Assembly (NCBI GenBank): GCA_032718475.1
Contig: JAUCBJ010005654.1
Location: forward strand, 1 to 57,640
Reading direction: 5' to 3'
DNA length: 57,640 bases
Source: Nemertoderma westbladi
Taxonomy: Eukaryota > Animalia > Xenacoelomorpha
The position numbers were made by a program, and so were the translations under genes. Positions 44,800 through 57,640 of this stretch are shown piece after piece. The notes beneath the pieces were generated by a model that searched no databases, was not told where the DNA came from, and saw only the letters and a list, made by a program, of their open reading frames with translations. Within the stretch, counting starts at the first letter, position 1, and each line of letters starts with the position of its first letter.

Positions 44800-45679
44800 T
44801 TAATAATATATTTTACCAAGACACTTCTCCGTGACCTGTTTGAGACTGCACAGATACTCACGTTCTAGATCCCGAAAACGTTTTTACTTGGAAAAGTAAA
44901 TAGTATATGATAGGTTGTTGAACATCAGCTACAGTAAATATCCATGAAATAGGTTGATCCTGAAGACATGGAATAGTAAATATTAGTTCTGCCTTTCCAT
45001 ACACAATTATGTTTGACGCGTTCGTTGCATTTAGTTCACCTATTATTGGTATGATATTCAGTTCTAATAAGTTAATGTATTTAGGTGGGATAGCCCTGAT
45101 ATCGCTCCCACTATCAATAAATAACTCCCCTCTAATGGCATCGCAGCGACATATACGGCATTAACTCTGCCAAGAGCCGTACCTATGCATTAGGGCAACG
45201 ATTTTGAACAATTCTTCGGGCTTCGCCGAAAATCGCGAAATTTCGCTAACGTCGCGATTTTTTCTAAGATTGTCCACCTACAGTATAGTATTCGTAACCA
45301 CAAAATTTCCCGAAGATCACGACGTTTGCGAAGTTAAATTTTGTGTTTACCAATGCAATAGGTGGGGCTTCACAAACGTTGCGATCTTCGCGAATGCATG
45401 ATCTAGAAGATTTTTAAAAAGTAAGAAAATCTATAATCAAAAATATATTTTTTAAAATTTTACTCCATTATTAGTTCTAGACAAAAAAATATTTTTAAAT
45501 AAAATAGCTAACATGTTCTATAGTATATATATTAGTATGATATTAGTATGACAGTACTGTATTAGTATTGTTCACATAATTCTAGAATGTTATATATATA
45601 TGTACATGTTTATAGTACAGATGGTATAAAATAATATTCTAGAAGTCCATGTATGAATTCGATAGGTTTGGGTTTAAAC

Positions 45680-46025
45680 AAGTGGTTAGGGTTTTGGTTA
45701 GGGTTGAATTTACATGGGTTTATGGTTAGGGTTAGTGTTAGGGATAGAGTTCGGGTTATGGTTGGGTTTATGGTTAGGGTTGGGTTTATGGTTAGGGTTA
45801 GTGTTAGGGATAGAGTTCGGGTTATGGTTGGGTTTATGGTTAGGGTTGGGTTTATGGTTAGGGTTAGTGTTAGGGATAGAGTTCGGGTTATGGTTGGGTT
45901 TATGGTTAGGGTTGGGTTTATGGTTAGGGTTAGTGTTAGGGATAGAGTTCGGGTTATGGTTGGGTTTATGGTTAGGGTTGGGTTTATGGTTAGGGATAGG
46001 GATAGAGATCGGGTTAGGGTTTGGT
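45680..46025. repeat. Telomere-like (GGTTAG-derived) repeat organised as a 66-bp higher-order unit (~4 copies)
   Basis: tatggttagggttagtg recurs at 45721, 45787 and onward. Confidence 0.92.
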
Positions 46026-46214
46026 TTGAAAATATTCTAGAACATTTTAGCGATTTATTTAAAAATAATTTTTTCTCTAGAACTTATATATTTTCTTCTA
46101 GAACAGTTATTAAAAAAATTTTGTTAGTTCTTGATTTTCTTACCTTTAAAAAATATTCTAGAACATTCGCAAAGATCGCGACGTTTGGTCGTGATTGATC
46201 CAAACCCTAATTGG

Positions 46215-49200
46215 TCGTGAAGATCACGATGTTTGCAAAGCTCCACCTATAGTATTGGTAAACACACAATATCGCGAAGATCGCGACGTTTGCGAAGCTC
46301 CACCTATAGTATTGGTAAACACAAAATATCGCGAAGATCGCGACGTTTGCGAAGCTCCACCTATAGTATTGGTAAACACAAAATATCGCGAAGATCATCA
46401 CATTCGTGAAGCTCCACCTATAGTATTGGTAAACACAAAATATCGCGAAGATCGCGACGTTTGCGAAGCTCCACCTATAGTATTGGTAAACACAAAATAT
46501 CGCGAAGATCGCGACGTTTGCGAAGCTCCACCTATAGTATTGGTAAACACAAAATATCGCGAAGATCATCACATTCGTGAAGCTCCACCTATAGTATTGG
46601 TAAACACAAAATATCGCGAAGATCGCGACGTTTGCGAAGATCCACCTATAGTATTGGTAAACACAAAATATCGCGAAGATCGCGACGTTTGCGAAGCTCC
46701 ACCTATAGTATTGGTAAACACAAAATATCGCGAAGATCATCACATTCGCGAAGCTCCACCTATAGTATTGGTAAACACAAAATATCGCGAAGATCGCGAC
46801 GTTTGCGAAGCTCCACCTATAGTATTGGTAAACATAAAATATGGCGAAGATCGCGACGTTTGCGAAGATCCACCTATAGTATTGGTAAACACAAAATATC
46901 GCGAAGATCATCACATTCGTGAAGCTCCACCTATAGTATTGGTAAACACAAAATATCGCGAAGATCGCGACGTTTGCGAAGCTCCACCTATAGTATTGGT
47001 AGACACAAAATATCGCGACGTTTGCGAAGCTCCACCTATAGTATTGGTAAACACAAAATATTGCGAAGATCGCGACGTTTGCGATGCTCCACCTATAGTA
47101 TTGGTAAACACAAAATATCGCGAAGATCGCGACGTTTGCGAAGCCTCACCTATAGTATTGGTAAACACAAAATATCGCGAAGATCATCACATTCGTGAAG
47201 CTCCACCTATAGTATTGGTAAACACAAAATATCGCGAAGATCGCGACGTTTGCGAAGCTCCACCTATAGTACTGGTAAACACAAAATATCGCGAAGATCA
47301 TCACATTCGTGAAGCTCCACCTATAGTATTGGTAAACACAAAATATCGCAAAGATCGCGACGTTTGCGAAGCCTCACCTATAGTATTGGTAAACACAAAA
47401 TATCGCGAAGATCGCGACGTTTGCGAAGCTCCACCTATAGTATTGGTAAACACAAAATATCGTGAAGATCGCGACGTTTGCGAAGCTCCACCTATAGTAT
47501 TGGTAAACACAAAATATCGCGAAGATCGCGACGTTCACGAAGCTCCACCTATAGTATTGGTAAACACAAAATATTGCGAAGATCGCGACGTTTGCGATGC
47601 TCCACCTATAGTATTGGTAAACACAAAATATCGCGAAGATCGCGACGTTTGCGAAGCCTCACCTATAGTATTGGTAAACACAAAATATCGCGAAGATCGC
47701 GACGTTTGCGAAGCTCCACCTATAGTATTGGTAAACACAAAATATCGTGAAGATCATCACATTCGTGAAGCTCCACCTATAGTATTGGTAAACACAAAAT
47801 ATCGTGAAGATCGCGACGTTTGCGAAGCTCCACCTATAGTATTGGTAAACACAAAATATCGTGAAGATCGCGACGTTTGCGATGCTCCACCTATAGTATT
47901 GGTAAACACAAAATATCGTGAAGATCATCACATTCGTGAAGCTCCACCTATAGTATTGGTAAACACAAAATATCGTGAAGATCGCGACGTTTGCGAAGCT
48001 CCACCTATAGTATTGGTAAACACAAAATATCGTGAAGATCGCGACGTTTGCGAAGCTCCACCTATAGTATTGGTAAACACAAAATATCGTGAAGATCATC
48101 ACATTCGTGAAGCTCCACCTATAGTATTGGTAAACACAAAATATCGTGAAGATCGCGACGTTTGCGAAGCTCCACCTATAGTATTGGTAAACACAAAATA
48201 TCGTGAAGATCATCACATTCGTGAAGCTCCACCTATAGTATTGGTAAACACAAAATATCGTGAAGATCGCGACGTTTGCGAAGCTCCACCTATAGTATTG
48301 GTAAACACAAAATATCGTGAAGATCGCGACGTTTGCGAAGCTCCACCTATAGTACTGGTAAACACAAAATATCGCGAAGATCATCACATTCGTGAAGCTC
48401 CACCTATAGTATTGGTAAACACAAAATATTGCGAAGATCGCGACGTTTGCGATGCTCCACCTATAGTATTGGTAAACACAAAATATCGTGAAGATCGCGA
48501 CGTTTGCGAAGCTCCACCTATAGTATTGGTAAACACAAAATATCGCGAAGATCGCGACGTTCACGAAGCTCCACCTATAGTATTGGTAAACACAAAATAT
48601 TGCGAAGATCGCGACGTTTGCGATGCTCCACCTATAGTATTGGTAAACACAAAATATCGCGAAGATCGCGACGTTTGCGAAGCCTCACCTATAGTATTGG
48701 TAAACACAAAATATCGCGAAGATCGCGACGTTTGCGAAGCTCCACCTATAGTATTGGTAAACACAAAATATCGTGAAGATCATCACATTCGTGAAGCTCC
48801 ACCTATAGTATTGGTAAACACAAAATATCGTGAAGATCGCGACGTTTGCGAAGCTCCACCTATAGTATTGGTAAACACAAAATATCGTGAAGATCGCGAC
48901 GTTTGCGATGCTCCACCTATAGTATTGGTAAACACAAAATATCGCGAAGATCATCACATTCGTGAAGCTCCACCTATAGTATTGGTAAACACAAAATATC
49001 GCGAAGATCACGACGTTTGTGAAGCTCCACCTATAGTATTGGTAAACACAAAATATCGCGAAGATCGCGACGTTTGCGATGCTCCACCTATAGTATTGGT
49101 AAACACAAAATATCGCGAAGATCATCACATACGTGAAGCTCCACCTATAGTATTGGTAAACACAAAATATCGCGAAGATCGCGACGTTTGCGATGCTCCA

Positions 49201-52020
49201 CCTATAGTATCGGTAAACACAAAATATCGCGACGTTTGCGATGCTCCACCTATAGTATTGGTAAACACAAAATATCGCGAAGATCATCACATTCGTGAAG
49301 CTCCACCTATAGTATTGGTAAACACAAAATATCGCGACGTTTGCGAAGCTCCACCTATAGTATTGGTAAACACAAAATATCGCGACGTTTGCGACGCTCA
49401 CCTATAGTATTGGTAATCACAAAAGATCGCGACGTTTGTGAAGCTCCACCTATAGTATTGGTAAACACAAAATATCGTGAAGATCGCGACGTTTGCGAAG
49501 CTCCACCTATAGTATTGGTAAACACAAAATATCGCGAAGATCGCGACGTTTGCGAAGCCCCACCTATAGTATTGGTAAACACAAAATATCCTGAAGATCG
49601 CGACGTTTGCGAAGCCCCACCTATAGTATTGGTAAACACAAAATATCGTGAAGATCGCGACGTTTGCGAAGCTCCACCTATAGTATTGGTAGACACAAAA
49701 TATCGCGAAGATCGCGACGTTTGCGAAGCCCCACCTATAGTATTGGTAGACACAAAATATCGCGAAGATCATCACATTCGTGAAGCTCCACCTATAGTAT
49801 TGGTAAACACAAAATATCGCGACGTTTGCGAAGCTCACCTATAGTATTGGTAATCACAAAAGATCGCGACGTTTGCGAAGCTCCACCTATAGTATTGGTA
49901 AACACAAAATATCGCGACGTTTGCGAAGCTCACCTATAGTATTGGTAAACACAAAATATTGCGACGTTTGCGAAGCTCCACCTATGGTATTGGTAAACAC
50001 AAAATATCACGATGTTTGCAAAGCTCCACCTATAGTATTTGTAAACACAAAATATCGCGAAGATAGCGACGTTTGCGATGCTCCACCTATAGTATTGTTA
50101 AACACAAAATATCGCGAAGATCGCGACGTTTGCAAAGCTCCACCTATAGTATTGGTAAACACAAAATATCGCGAAGATCATCACATTCGTGAAGCTCCAC
50201 CTATAGTATTGGTAAACACAAAATATCGCGAAGATCATCACATTCGTGAAGCTCCACCTATAGTATTGGTAAACACAAAATATCGCGACGTTTGCGAAGC
50301 TCCACCTATAGTATTGGTAAACACAAAATATGGCGAAGATCATCACATTCGTGAAGCTCCACCTATAGTATTGGTAAACACAAAATATCGTGAAGATCGC
50401 GACGTTTGCGATGCTCCACCTATAGTATTGGTAAACACAAAATATCACGAAGATCATCACATTCGTGAAGCTCCACCTATAGTATTGGTAAACATAAAAT
50501 ATCGCGAAGATCGCGACGTTTGCGAAGCTCCACCTATAGTATTGGTAAACACAAAATATCGCGAAGATCGCGACGTTTGCGAAGCTCCACCTATAGTATT
50601 GGTAAACACAAAATATCGCGAAGATCATCACATTCGTGAAGCTCCACCTATAGTATTGGTAAACACAAAATATCGCGAAGATCGCGACGTTTGCGAAGCT
50701 CCACCTATAGTATTGGTAAACACAAAATATCGCGAAGATCGCGACGTTTGCGAAGCTCCACCTATAGTATTGGTAAACACAAAATATCGCGAAGATCGCG
50801 ACGTTTGCGAAGCTCCACCTATAGTATTGGTAAACACAAAATATCGCGAAGATCATCACATTCGCGAAGCTCCACCTATAGTATTGGTAAACACAAAATA
50901 TCACGACGTTTGCGAAGCTCCACCTATAGTATTTGTAAACACAAAATATCGTGAAGATCGCGACGTTTGCGAAGCTCCACCTATAGTATTGGTAAACACA
51001 AAATATCGCGACGTTTGCGAAGCTCCACCTATAGTATTTGTAAACACAAAATATCGTGAAGATCGCGACGTTTGCGATGCTCCACCTATAGTATTGGTAA
51101 ACACAAAATATCGTGAAGATCGCGACGTTTGCGAAGCTCCACCTATAGTATTGGTAAACACAAAATATCGCGTAGATCGCGACGTTTGCGAAGCTCCACC
51201 TATAGTATTGGTAAACACAAAATATCGCGAAGATCATCACATTCGTGAAGCTCCACCTATAGTATTGGTAAACACAAAATATCGCGAAGATCGCGACGTT
51301 TGCGAAGCTCCACCTATAGTATTGGTAAACACAAAATATCGTGAAGATCACAACGTTTGCGAAGCTCCACCTATAGTATTGGTAAACACAAAATATCGCG
51401 TAGATCGCGACGTTTGCGAAGCTCCACCTATAGTATTGGTAAACACAAAATATCGCGAAGATCATCACATTCGTGAAGCTCCACCTATAGTATTGGTAAA
51501 CACAAAATATCGCGAAGATCGCGACGTTTGCGAAGCTCCACCTATAGTATTGGTAAACACAAAATATCGCGAAGATCTTGACGTTTGCTAAGCTCCACCT
51601 ATAGTATTGGTAAACACAAAATATCGCGACGTTTGCGAAGCTCCACCTATAGTATTGGTAAACACAATATATCGCGACGTTTGCGAAGCTCCACCTATAG
51701 TATTGGTAAACACAAAATATCGTGACGTTTGCGAAGCTCCACCTATAGTATTGGTAAACACAAAATATCGCGACGTTTGCGAAGCTCCACCTATAGTATT
51801 GGTAAACACAAAATATCGCGACGTTTGCGAAGCTCACCTATAGTATTGGTAAACACAAAATATCGCGACGTTTGCGAAGCTCCACCTATAGTATTGGTAA
51901 ACACAAAATATCGCGACGTTTGAGAAGCTCCACCTATAGTATTTGTAAACACAAAATATCGCGAAGATCATCACGTTCGTGAAGCTCCACCTATAGTATT
52001 GGTAAACACAAAAGATCGCA
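46215..52020. repeat. 57-bp satellite array (~100 monomers, some 48-bp deletion variants)
   Basis: Unit gaagctccacctatagtattggtaaacacaaaatatcgcgaagatcgcgacgtttgc with a gatcatcacattcgt variant; diverged direct and inverted monomers at 45270-45395. Confidence 0.98.
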
Positions 52021-52919
52021 ATCTTCTTAAAAATTGTGACGTTTGTGAAATTTCGAGATCTTGACCAAAGAAATTTTCAAAATCATTGCCTTACTCCACG
52101 TATGGCAGAGTGCTCCCATCTCTCTGGTGATTTGATGGTTTGTTGTTTCGAAATTTGCAGGGTGGTTGACATATGGTGGCTTCGGTACCAAACCCTAAAT
52201 GATAATAACACCAAGGTCCTTCTGGATTGAATGATCGTGAGTTTGAGTTAGAATGCTGATCCTGACTACGAGTTATAAATCATCTTCTTGAAGAATGACC
52301 TCCATCTCTGATACAAGATAACTCCTTCATTTGAACAGTTATTTGTGACATTTGATCAACCAGGAGTTGATGGAATAATATTATAAAAAAGGGTGGGGGG
52401 GGGGGGGGGTGGTGGTGGTGGGGGGAATTGCCCCCCCCCCCCTGCCTCCACGCCCCTTACGCCTATGGATATTGGTGAAAACAAAATATAAAATCCAAGG
52501 ATTTCTAGAATACTAATCTAGAAGTCTTGATTAAACCGTTAGGGCCTATGGTTAGGGTTTTTATATTGTTATGATTTAGATTAGATCATTGAGTTTTAAT
52601 GTTACAGCAAAAACCGTAGGGCCTACTTATGTGGCCGGCCATATTAAACCATCTTTGGACATTATAGGGCTAAAAGTTAAATTAATAGCGGTGTTGCAAT
52701 TATTGTATGTTCAAATGCCAACAAAGGTAACAAAAGAAATTCAATTGTCACTTTACCAACAAAAGGCACATTCATAAATTTAGACAGGCAGTGAGTGAGT
52801 GAGTGAGTGCTACTCTGATGTATAATGCATTAAATACAGTAATTATTATGTAGGAGGTTTAAATTTAGCATTACTACACTTCCATTTTGTGTCACAGTTT
52901 CCAGGCTATTTGATGGTCA

Positions 52920-53010
52920 ATTTAGGCCTATTTGGTAGTGTAGGCCTACCAGTTTAGGCCTTTGGTATGTGTACCAGTTTAGGCCTATTTGGTATGTGTA
53001 CCAGTTTAGG
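52920..53010. repeat. Short degenerate tandem repeat (tttaggcctatttggtatgtgtaccag)
   Basis: 3-4 copies visible. Confidence 0.75.
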
Positions 53011-53851
53011 GCTCTATTTTGGTATATATGTAAGTAGTTTAGACCTACTGTATTGGGAGTGTGTACCGATCTGTGTCACATTTTTATGCCCTCCTGGCTC
53101 CTGCTGTTTGAGGTTTTTACCAACTCTAATGAACGGTTGACTAATTATTGGCATGTTACATGTATATTTGTACAGTATACGCACACTATTATTAAAAAAA
53201 ACCATTCATTATTTGGTTATAATTATCTTGTTATTTTTATAGTAAGACTAATTAGTTAAAAATTAAATTTAAAATGGCCATACAATTTGACCACAAATAT
53301 TAAATCCAACAAACAAACTTAACTAATTTTCTCTTCAGCAATATAATATTTTATATTCCCATAAATAAACAATTAACGCAGAAATTTCAGTAAAGCATTG
53401 ATAAAACATTGATAAGGGGGATGTACCGGTAGTTATTTAATGAAGGCCTACCCTTCTTCAAGAGGCCATTAGTGGAAGGGACCAGGTTATAGTGACAGAG
53501 TTTCTAACCAATACAAAAATAATTTCCCTTTTTTTATTTTGTACACTTTTTCCATTTGATAAACTTTTTACTTTAGACTTGAACTGCACTTTATACGATA
53601 TACTGTATACGTTTATGATTTTTAGGATAATTAAATGATTGTTTTTGGGGCCTACGCCGTTTTTAACTCTCCTTTCAAATTATAAGTTACAGTTTCAAGT
53701 CATCATGATAGATTTATGTACATAATTATACTGTAGCATATTCATATTCATAGCACTGTTTGTGACAATGTACTGTGTAGGCCTACCACTAAGTATGGTG
53801 TTGAGATCGGTATTTAATTATAATACTGTATTTAATGCAGGGAGATGCATT

Positions 53852-54076
53852 ATTTGTAATATTATTAAATATATTTTTGGCATTAATTGAATTATACTGT
53901 ACTATTGTCCATAATACATTATCATACATCAATTAGAGTTTCAACCGATACAATGTAACCATTCATATTTGTAATATCATTAAATATATTTTTGGCATTA
54001 ATTGAATTATACTGTACTATTGCCCATAATACATCATCATATATATCAATTAGAGTTTCAACCGATACAATGTAAC
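53852..54076. repeat. ~115-bp tandem duplication
   Basis: atttgtaatat..attagagtttcaaccgatacaatgtaac occurs twice. Confidence 0.88.
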
Positions 54077-54881
54077 TATTCCATGATGGGTCATTATCGC
54101 TGCTGGCCATGTGGTCTAATAATGTAAAAATCCCACGGTTACAACTTTACAATCACATGTCACATCTACAGGGGGCAGTTAATATCAGGTGAATATATCA
54201 CCGCTTACATCAGAACTGGACCAGGATAGGCCGCCTGTAGTTGAGGATTGTACATAATACATAAATAATAATGATTAAAGGATGATATTTGGCTCAATCA
54301 CACCTTGTGCGTCTCTTTTATCAATGTGATTTTTCGCTTCAATGATTCATCATTTCACCTAAGTCTGCCTTGGGGCCAGAATTATACCCTCTTATAGGGC
54401 CATATGGTGTTAAAAATCTTAAGTTTTACTGTACATGTGTCTACTCAAACTGTCACAATTAATTGTAGCATCAACTATTTCCGCTTGGCGACACAGATTT
54501 GGCTTTACTCTGCATCCTATTTGGCTGGTGTTTAATACCAGGGCGTCCTGTCCCATGTTGTATTCTTATATTATGATTGTTGGGAACCGTGTAATGTGAT
54601 ATACACATTCCGTTCGCACACTGCACTAAACTAAATCAGCCTGTGAATTGGTGTCAATTAATTAAGGGTCTACCAAACCAGACCACACAACTACTAACTA
54701 CAGTTATTTAGTTATCATCATCGATGCCGATATTTACAATATCACTTTCAATTGCAATATAACGATCGTTATACAATCAAGACATGGCGACAATAATAGT
54801 TTTTGACAATGACTATTAATTATTGATATATTTTCATAACCACACTGTTGTATGTGTAAGGTTTACGTATAAACGAGTATT

Positions 54882-55151
54882 ATGATGGCGGATATTAAAG
54901 CAGGTGACCCTTCACTCAAAGCTGTGAGAAGGAAACTTAGAAATATGGACCGTATGTACTATCAAAGCAAATCAGAGCATTTGGAAGAATTTCTGACTAA
55001 TCATAACGAGTTGATGGGAGCTCAGACATTAGGTTGGTTGGCTCACGCTTCCCAAGAGGAGATTGACGAATGGGAGGAAGATAAGTTAATGGAGGAACAA
55101 GCCAGACAACTTAGGGACAGAAGAGCTAGCAGAAGAGGAAGGTTAGCATGA
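54882..55151 (+). CDS. Hypothetical 89-aa charged helical protein (small gene or terminal exon)
   Basis: Purine-rich coding-like composition in AT-rich surroundings; AATAAA at ~55262; no recognised domain. Confidence 0.5.
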   Translation: MMADIKAGDPSLKAVRRKLRNMDRMYYQSKSEHLEEFLTNHNELMGAQTLGWLAHASQEEIDEWEEDKLMEEQARQLRDRRASRRGRLA

Positions 55152-55859
55152 ACGATCATCACAATGTTGTTTGAATCTTTGTGTTATTATTATCTTTGGT
55201 ATCACCTTTATGCCAGTGATCTTTCCATCTCCTTAGTACAGCACTGTATGATGTTATTCAAAATAAATACAGTAAATAGACCTATTCCACATCTCTCCCA
55301 CTGTATTTCTTAGCGAATTACAGAGTTTGAATCCTTTCAATACAGGATGACCAGCTTTCCATCATAAATCACTAAATCACAAAAATAAGATCACTAGTTT
55401 AATGTGTTGTGAAAAATAGGCAATATACACCTATGCACGGTGTGCGTGGTGGTTCATGGTGCATAAGGACGTATTTGTTCAGTAGCCAGAGCCACTTCAA
55501 AAGTTCGCTGGTAGTGTCTACTGTAGTGTGATCAAGATGGTCTGTTACAATTTCGTAATTGGAATTGGCGAAACTGGAATTGGGGGGATTTAAAGAAAGT
55601 CGTCGGGAAGTTATTCGGTGTCAACCTTAAGAATAAGAGTGGCGTCCTCAATAGAGGTAACAGCCAAGACAGCAGCCAAGAGAGGTTGACTCCAGGGTTT
55701 CGTGTTACTTTAACCGGTAAAAAAAAACATAAATTGTTAGGAAGTAGATGGAGGAAATATAAATAGGCCTATATTGAAATAAACTTTCACTTTACAGCGT
55801 TCGCTATTCTCTACGCACTAGTCTTCCGCTTCTGCCACCACAACGTCACAACTCTTACT

Positions 55860-55873
55860 GTAACCATAACAAC
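55860..55873. promoter_or_regulatory. RFX X-box-like site upstream of a putative non-coding first exon
   Basis: GTAACCATAACAAC (one mismatch to consensus); donor gtgagt at 55936; acceptor tatttcag ending 56362. Confidence 0.45.
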
Positions 55874-56375
55874 CGCGTTTACCGTGTACCTGTTCACACT
55901 ATAAATGCACATCACATCGACAGCATTCATCTGCTGTGAGTTTATTATGAATTATATTGATTGTTTATGAAATTATGTATTATCATACTTATAAATGGTT
56001 GAATGTAATGAAATAACTAAACAAGGAAATAAATACCTGCTATGATATTGAATGAATACAGTAAGCCTAGAAAAATGAGTCTGAAATGATTTACTATTTT
56101 TACTTCATAGCATTCAATTTGGCATTTAAAACTAGACATTACAAGATTTTACTTCACTTTACCATATTTTTTTATTATTTTTTTTAAACCTTATTTTATT
56201 ATTTTACTTTACAACATTTTTCAAAGATTTAAAAATCAGGGTGTAGTGTTAAATGCGTAGCTGCACGTCTACCTTGTAATGAGAATAATATCCTTGAAAA
56301 ATTTAATTAAATATAATTATTCCTCAAAGTAGTAAAATAATATGGGCCTACTTATATTTCAGGAAATTATCGGGA

Positions 56376-57023
56376 ATGCATGGAAGAAAAGATAACGCAA
56401 GAGTAACAACAGATGGACATTCGATCGTCAGTTTGCGAATACTTCCTCCGAGTCGAAAAACATCAGCCCGACGAAGTTTCGCATTCCTCGAAGGATTAGA
56501 GACTCTCCAATTAGGAAGGAAGAGTGTTAATACTAATAATGACCCAACCAGAGTAGAAGGAACAAGGTTTAGCACTGCCGTGAAAAGCGGAAGATTTACT
56601 GTAGAGGGAGGGGAGACATCCAGATCGTGTCCTGATCCAACGATCAGCGATTACGTAAATGCCTCGCCCTATTCCTACCTCGGATCCAGACGAATGATCC
56701 TTAAACAGTTACATAAACTATCCGGTAGACTCGACAACGAGCGAATAAATATCTCGAGTAATCCCGAGTTGCTCGGGGCCACAAGCGTTTCCGTGAACGG
56801 GTGTTCGAGCGGCCGGTGGTCGAACGGTTCGCACAACGACGAGATTTCCGAGCAATACGTCCGCGAGCCGACGGTCACCTGGTTTATCAACCGAGGTACT
56901 CGGAAATCTCGGAAACAGTTTAATTACGAGAAAGCCACGGAGGAGTTTGGAGAACTGCAGATAAACAACCCGGAGATGGACGAATGTCTGTTGAAACTAA
57001 GGAGAGAACGGGCGAACCATTAG
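56376..57023 (+). CDS. Hypothetical 215-aa protein (coding exon after intron 55936-56362)
   Basis: Long ORF coinciding with a GC/CpG-elevated block, splice acceptor 13 nt before the ATG, AATAAA at ~57116. Confidence 0.65.
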   Translation: MHGRKDNARVTTDGHSIVSLRILPPSRKTSARRSFAFLEGLETLQLGRKSVNTNNDPTRVEGTRFSTAVKSGRFTVEGGETSRSCPDPTISDYVNASPYSYLGSRRMILKQLHKLSGRLDNERINISSNPELLGATSVSVNGCSSGRWSNGSHNDEISEQYVREPTVTWFINRGTRKSRKQFNYEKATEEFGELQINNPEMDECLLKLRRERANH

Positions 57024-57351
57024 TCGGAAACATTTAGTCATTTTGAGGTTTCTGACGACCACCAACATAAATATTTATTTAACTTTGTTAAACAAATGTA
57101 ATTGTTCGAGAGGTTAATAAAATTCGCGAAAAATAACACTTACTAATTATGATAATTATTGATGATGATTATAAGAAAAAGTAATTCAACAATAATAATA
57201 CAGCCTGGTGAAAATTAAACAAACTAGATGAAAAGATTTTACAACCATTTCCAATTAGTTGAATGAATCTTATTATTGTTGCCAATTAAAATCCCATGGA
57301 ACCTGGAAAAAAAATAACTGGAAATAGTATGACCTACGGTGGCTGATCTTT

Positions 57352-57640
57352 GCCAATTAATTAATTTTTTTGTATATTTTTTTCAGAATTCTCCATGACG
57401 TCATAATTTATGGTCGACCATAAATTAATTTCTGGAAGCTTGAATTTGCCGTAGGGCCTACCTTGTAGGACTAGATTTGGGTAGGCAATTGGATGGTTTC
57501 CCACTTCCCCAACCAATGAATGGCCTGTCCAAAGCTCGCCCTGCCAGGTACCGGGAAATTCAAACTTCCAGAAATTAATTTATGGTCGACCATAAATTAT
57601 GACGTCATGGAGAACTTCTGAGAAAAATTAATTAATTGGC
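57352..57640. repeat. Fold-back inverted repeat (MITE-like), probably continuing beyond the window
   Basis: Arms ~57352-57447 and ~57557-57640; each contains the 24-bp palindrome taatttatggtcgaccataaatta and TGACGTCA. Confidence 0.88.

Noticed and set aside
45680-46025. True telomere or chromosome fusion site
   Set aside because: Short, degenerate, arranged as a 66-bp unit, one orientation only, internal.
46195-51923. Long ORFs (1070, 572, 579 aa) on both strands
   Set aside because: By-product of a stop-free 57-bp (19-codon) monomer; open on both strands and broken by frameshifting monomers.
46215-52020. CRISPR-like appearance of the repeat array
   Set aside because: No unique spacers, only two recurring variants; no cas genes; eukaryotic context.

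Overview
AT-rich, repeat-dense animal (probably marine invertebrate) nuclear DNA; no CRISPR or prokaryotic features. The centre is a nested mobile locus. A 20-kb DNA transposon (10661-30717; TATGG..CCATA ends, long repeat-rich TIRs, 6-bp TSD CAGGTG, IS3EU-like) carries only the C-terminal remnant of its integrase-like transposase plus a convergent single-exon HECT E3 ubiquitin ligase gene. That gene is split by two later insertions, and removing them restores one 676-codon frame. The first is a very young 12.8-kb BEL/Pao LTR element (16654-29449, TSD ATACG) with an intact 1642-aa Gag-protease ORF but no RT or integrase, no canonical tRNA PBS (possible self-priming), a cluster of perfect splice donors and unknown 3' ORFs. 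The second is a 3.0-kb TIR-less insertion (12276-15269, GTTG direct repeats). Elsewhere: a near-identical 3.5-kb tandem duplication, an intronless UBA52, an intact CR1/L2-type LINE ORF with a 3'UTR repeat array, RTE LINE derivatives, a Nin-domain SINE, MITE/Kolobok/Helentron-like elements, a 5.8-kb 57-bp satellite and two orphan ORFs. All family calls are by-eye motif recognition; no database searches were run.
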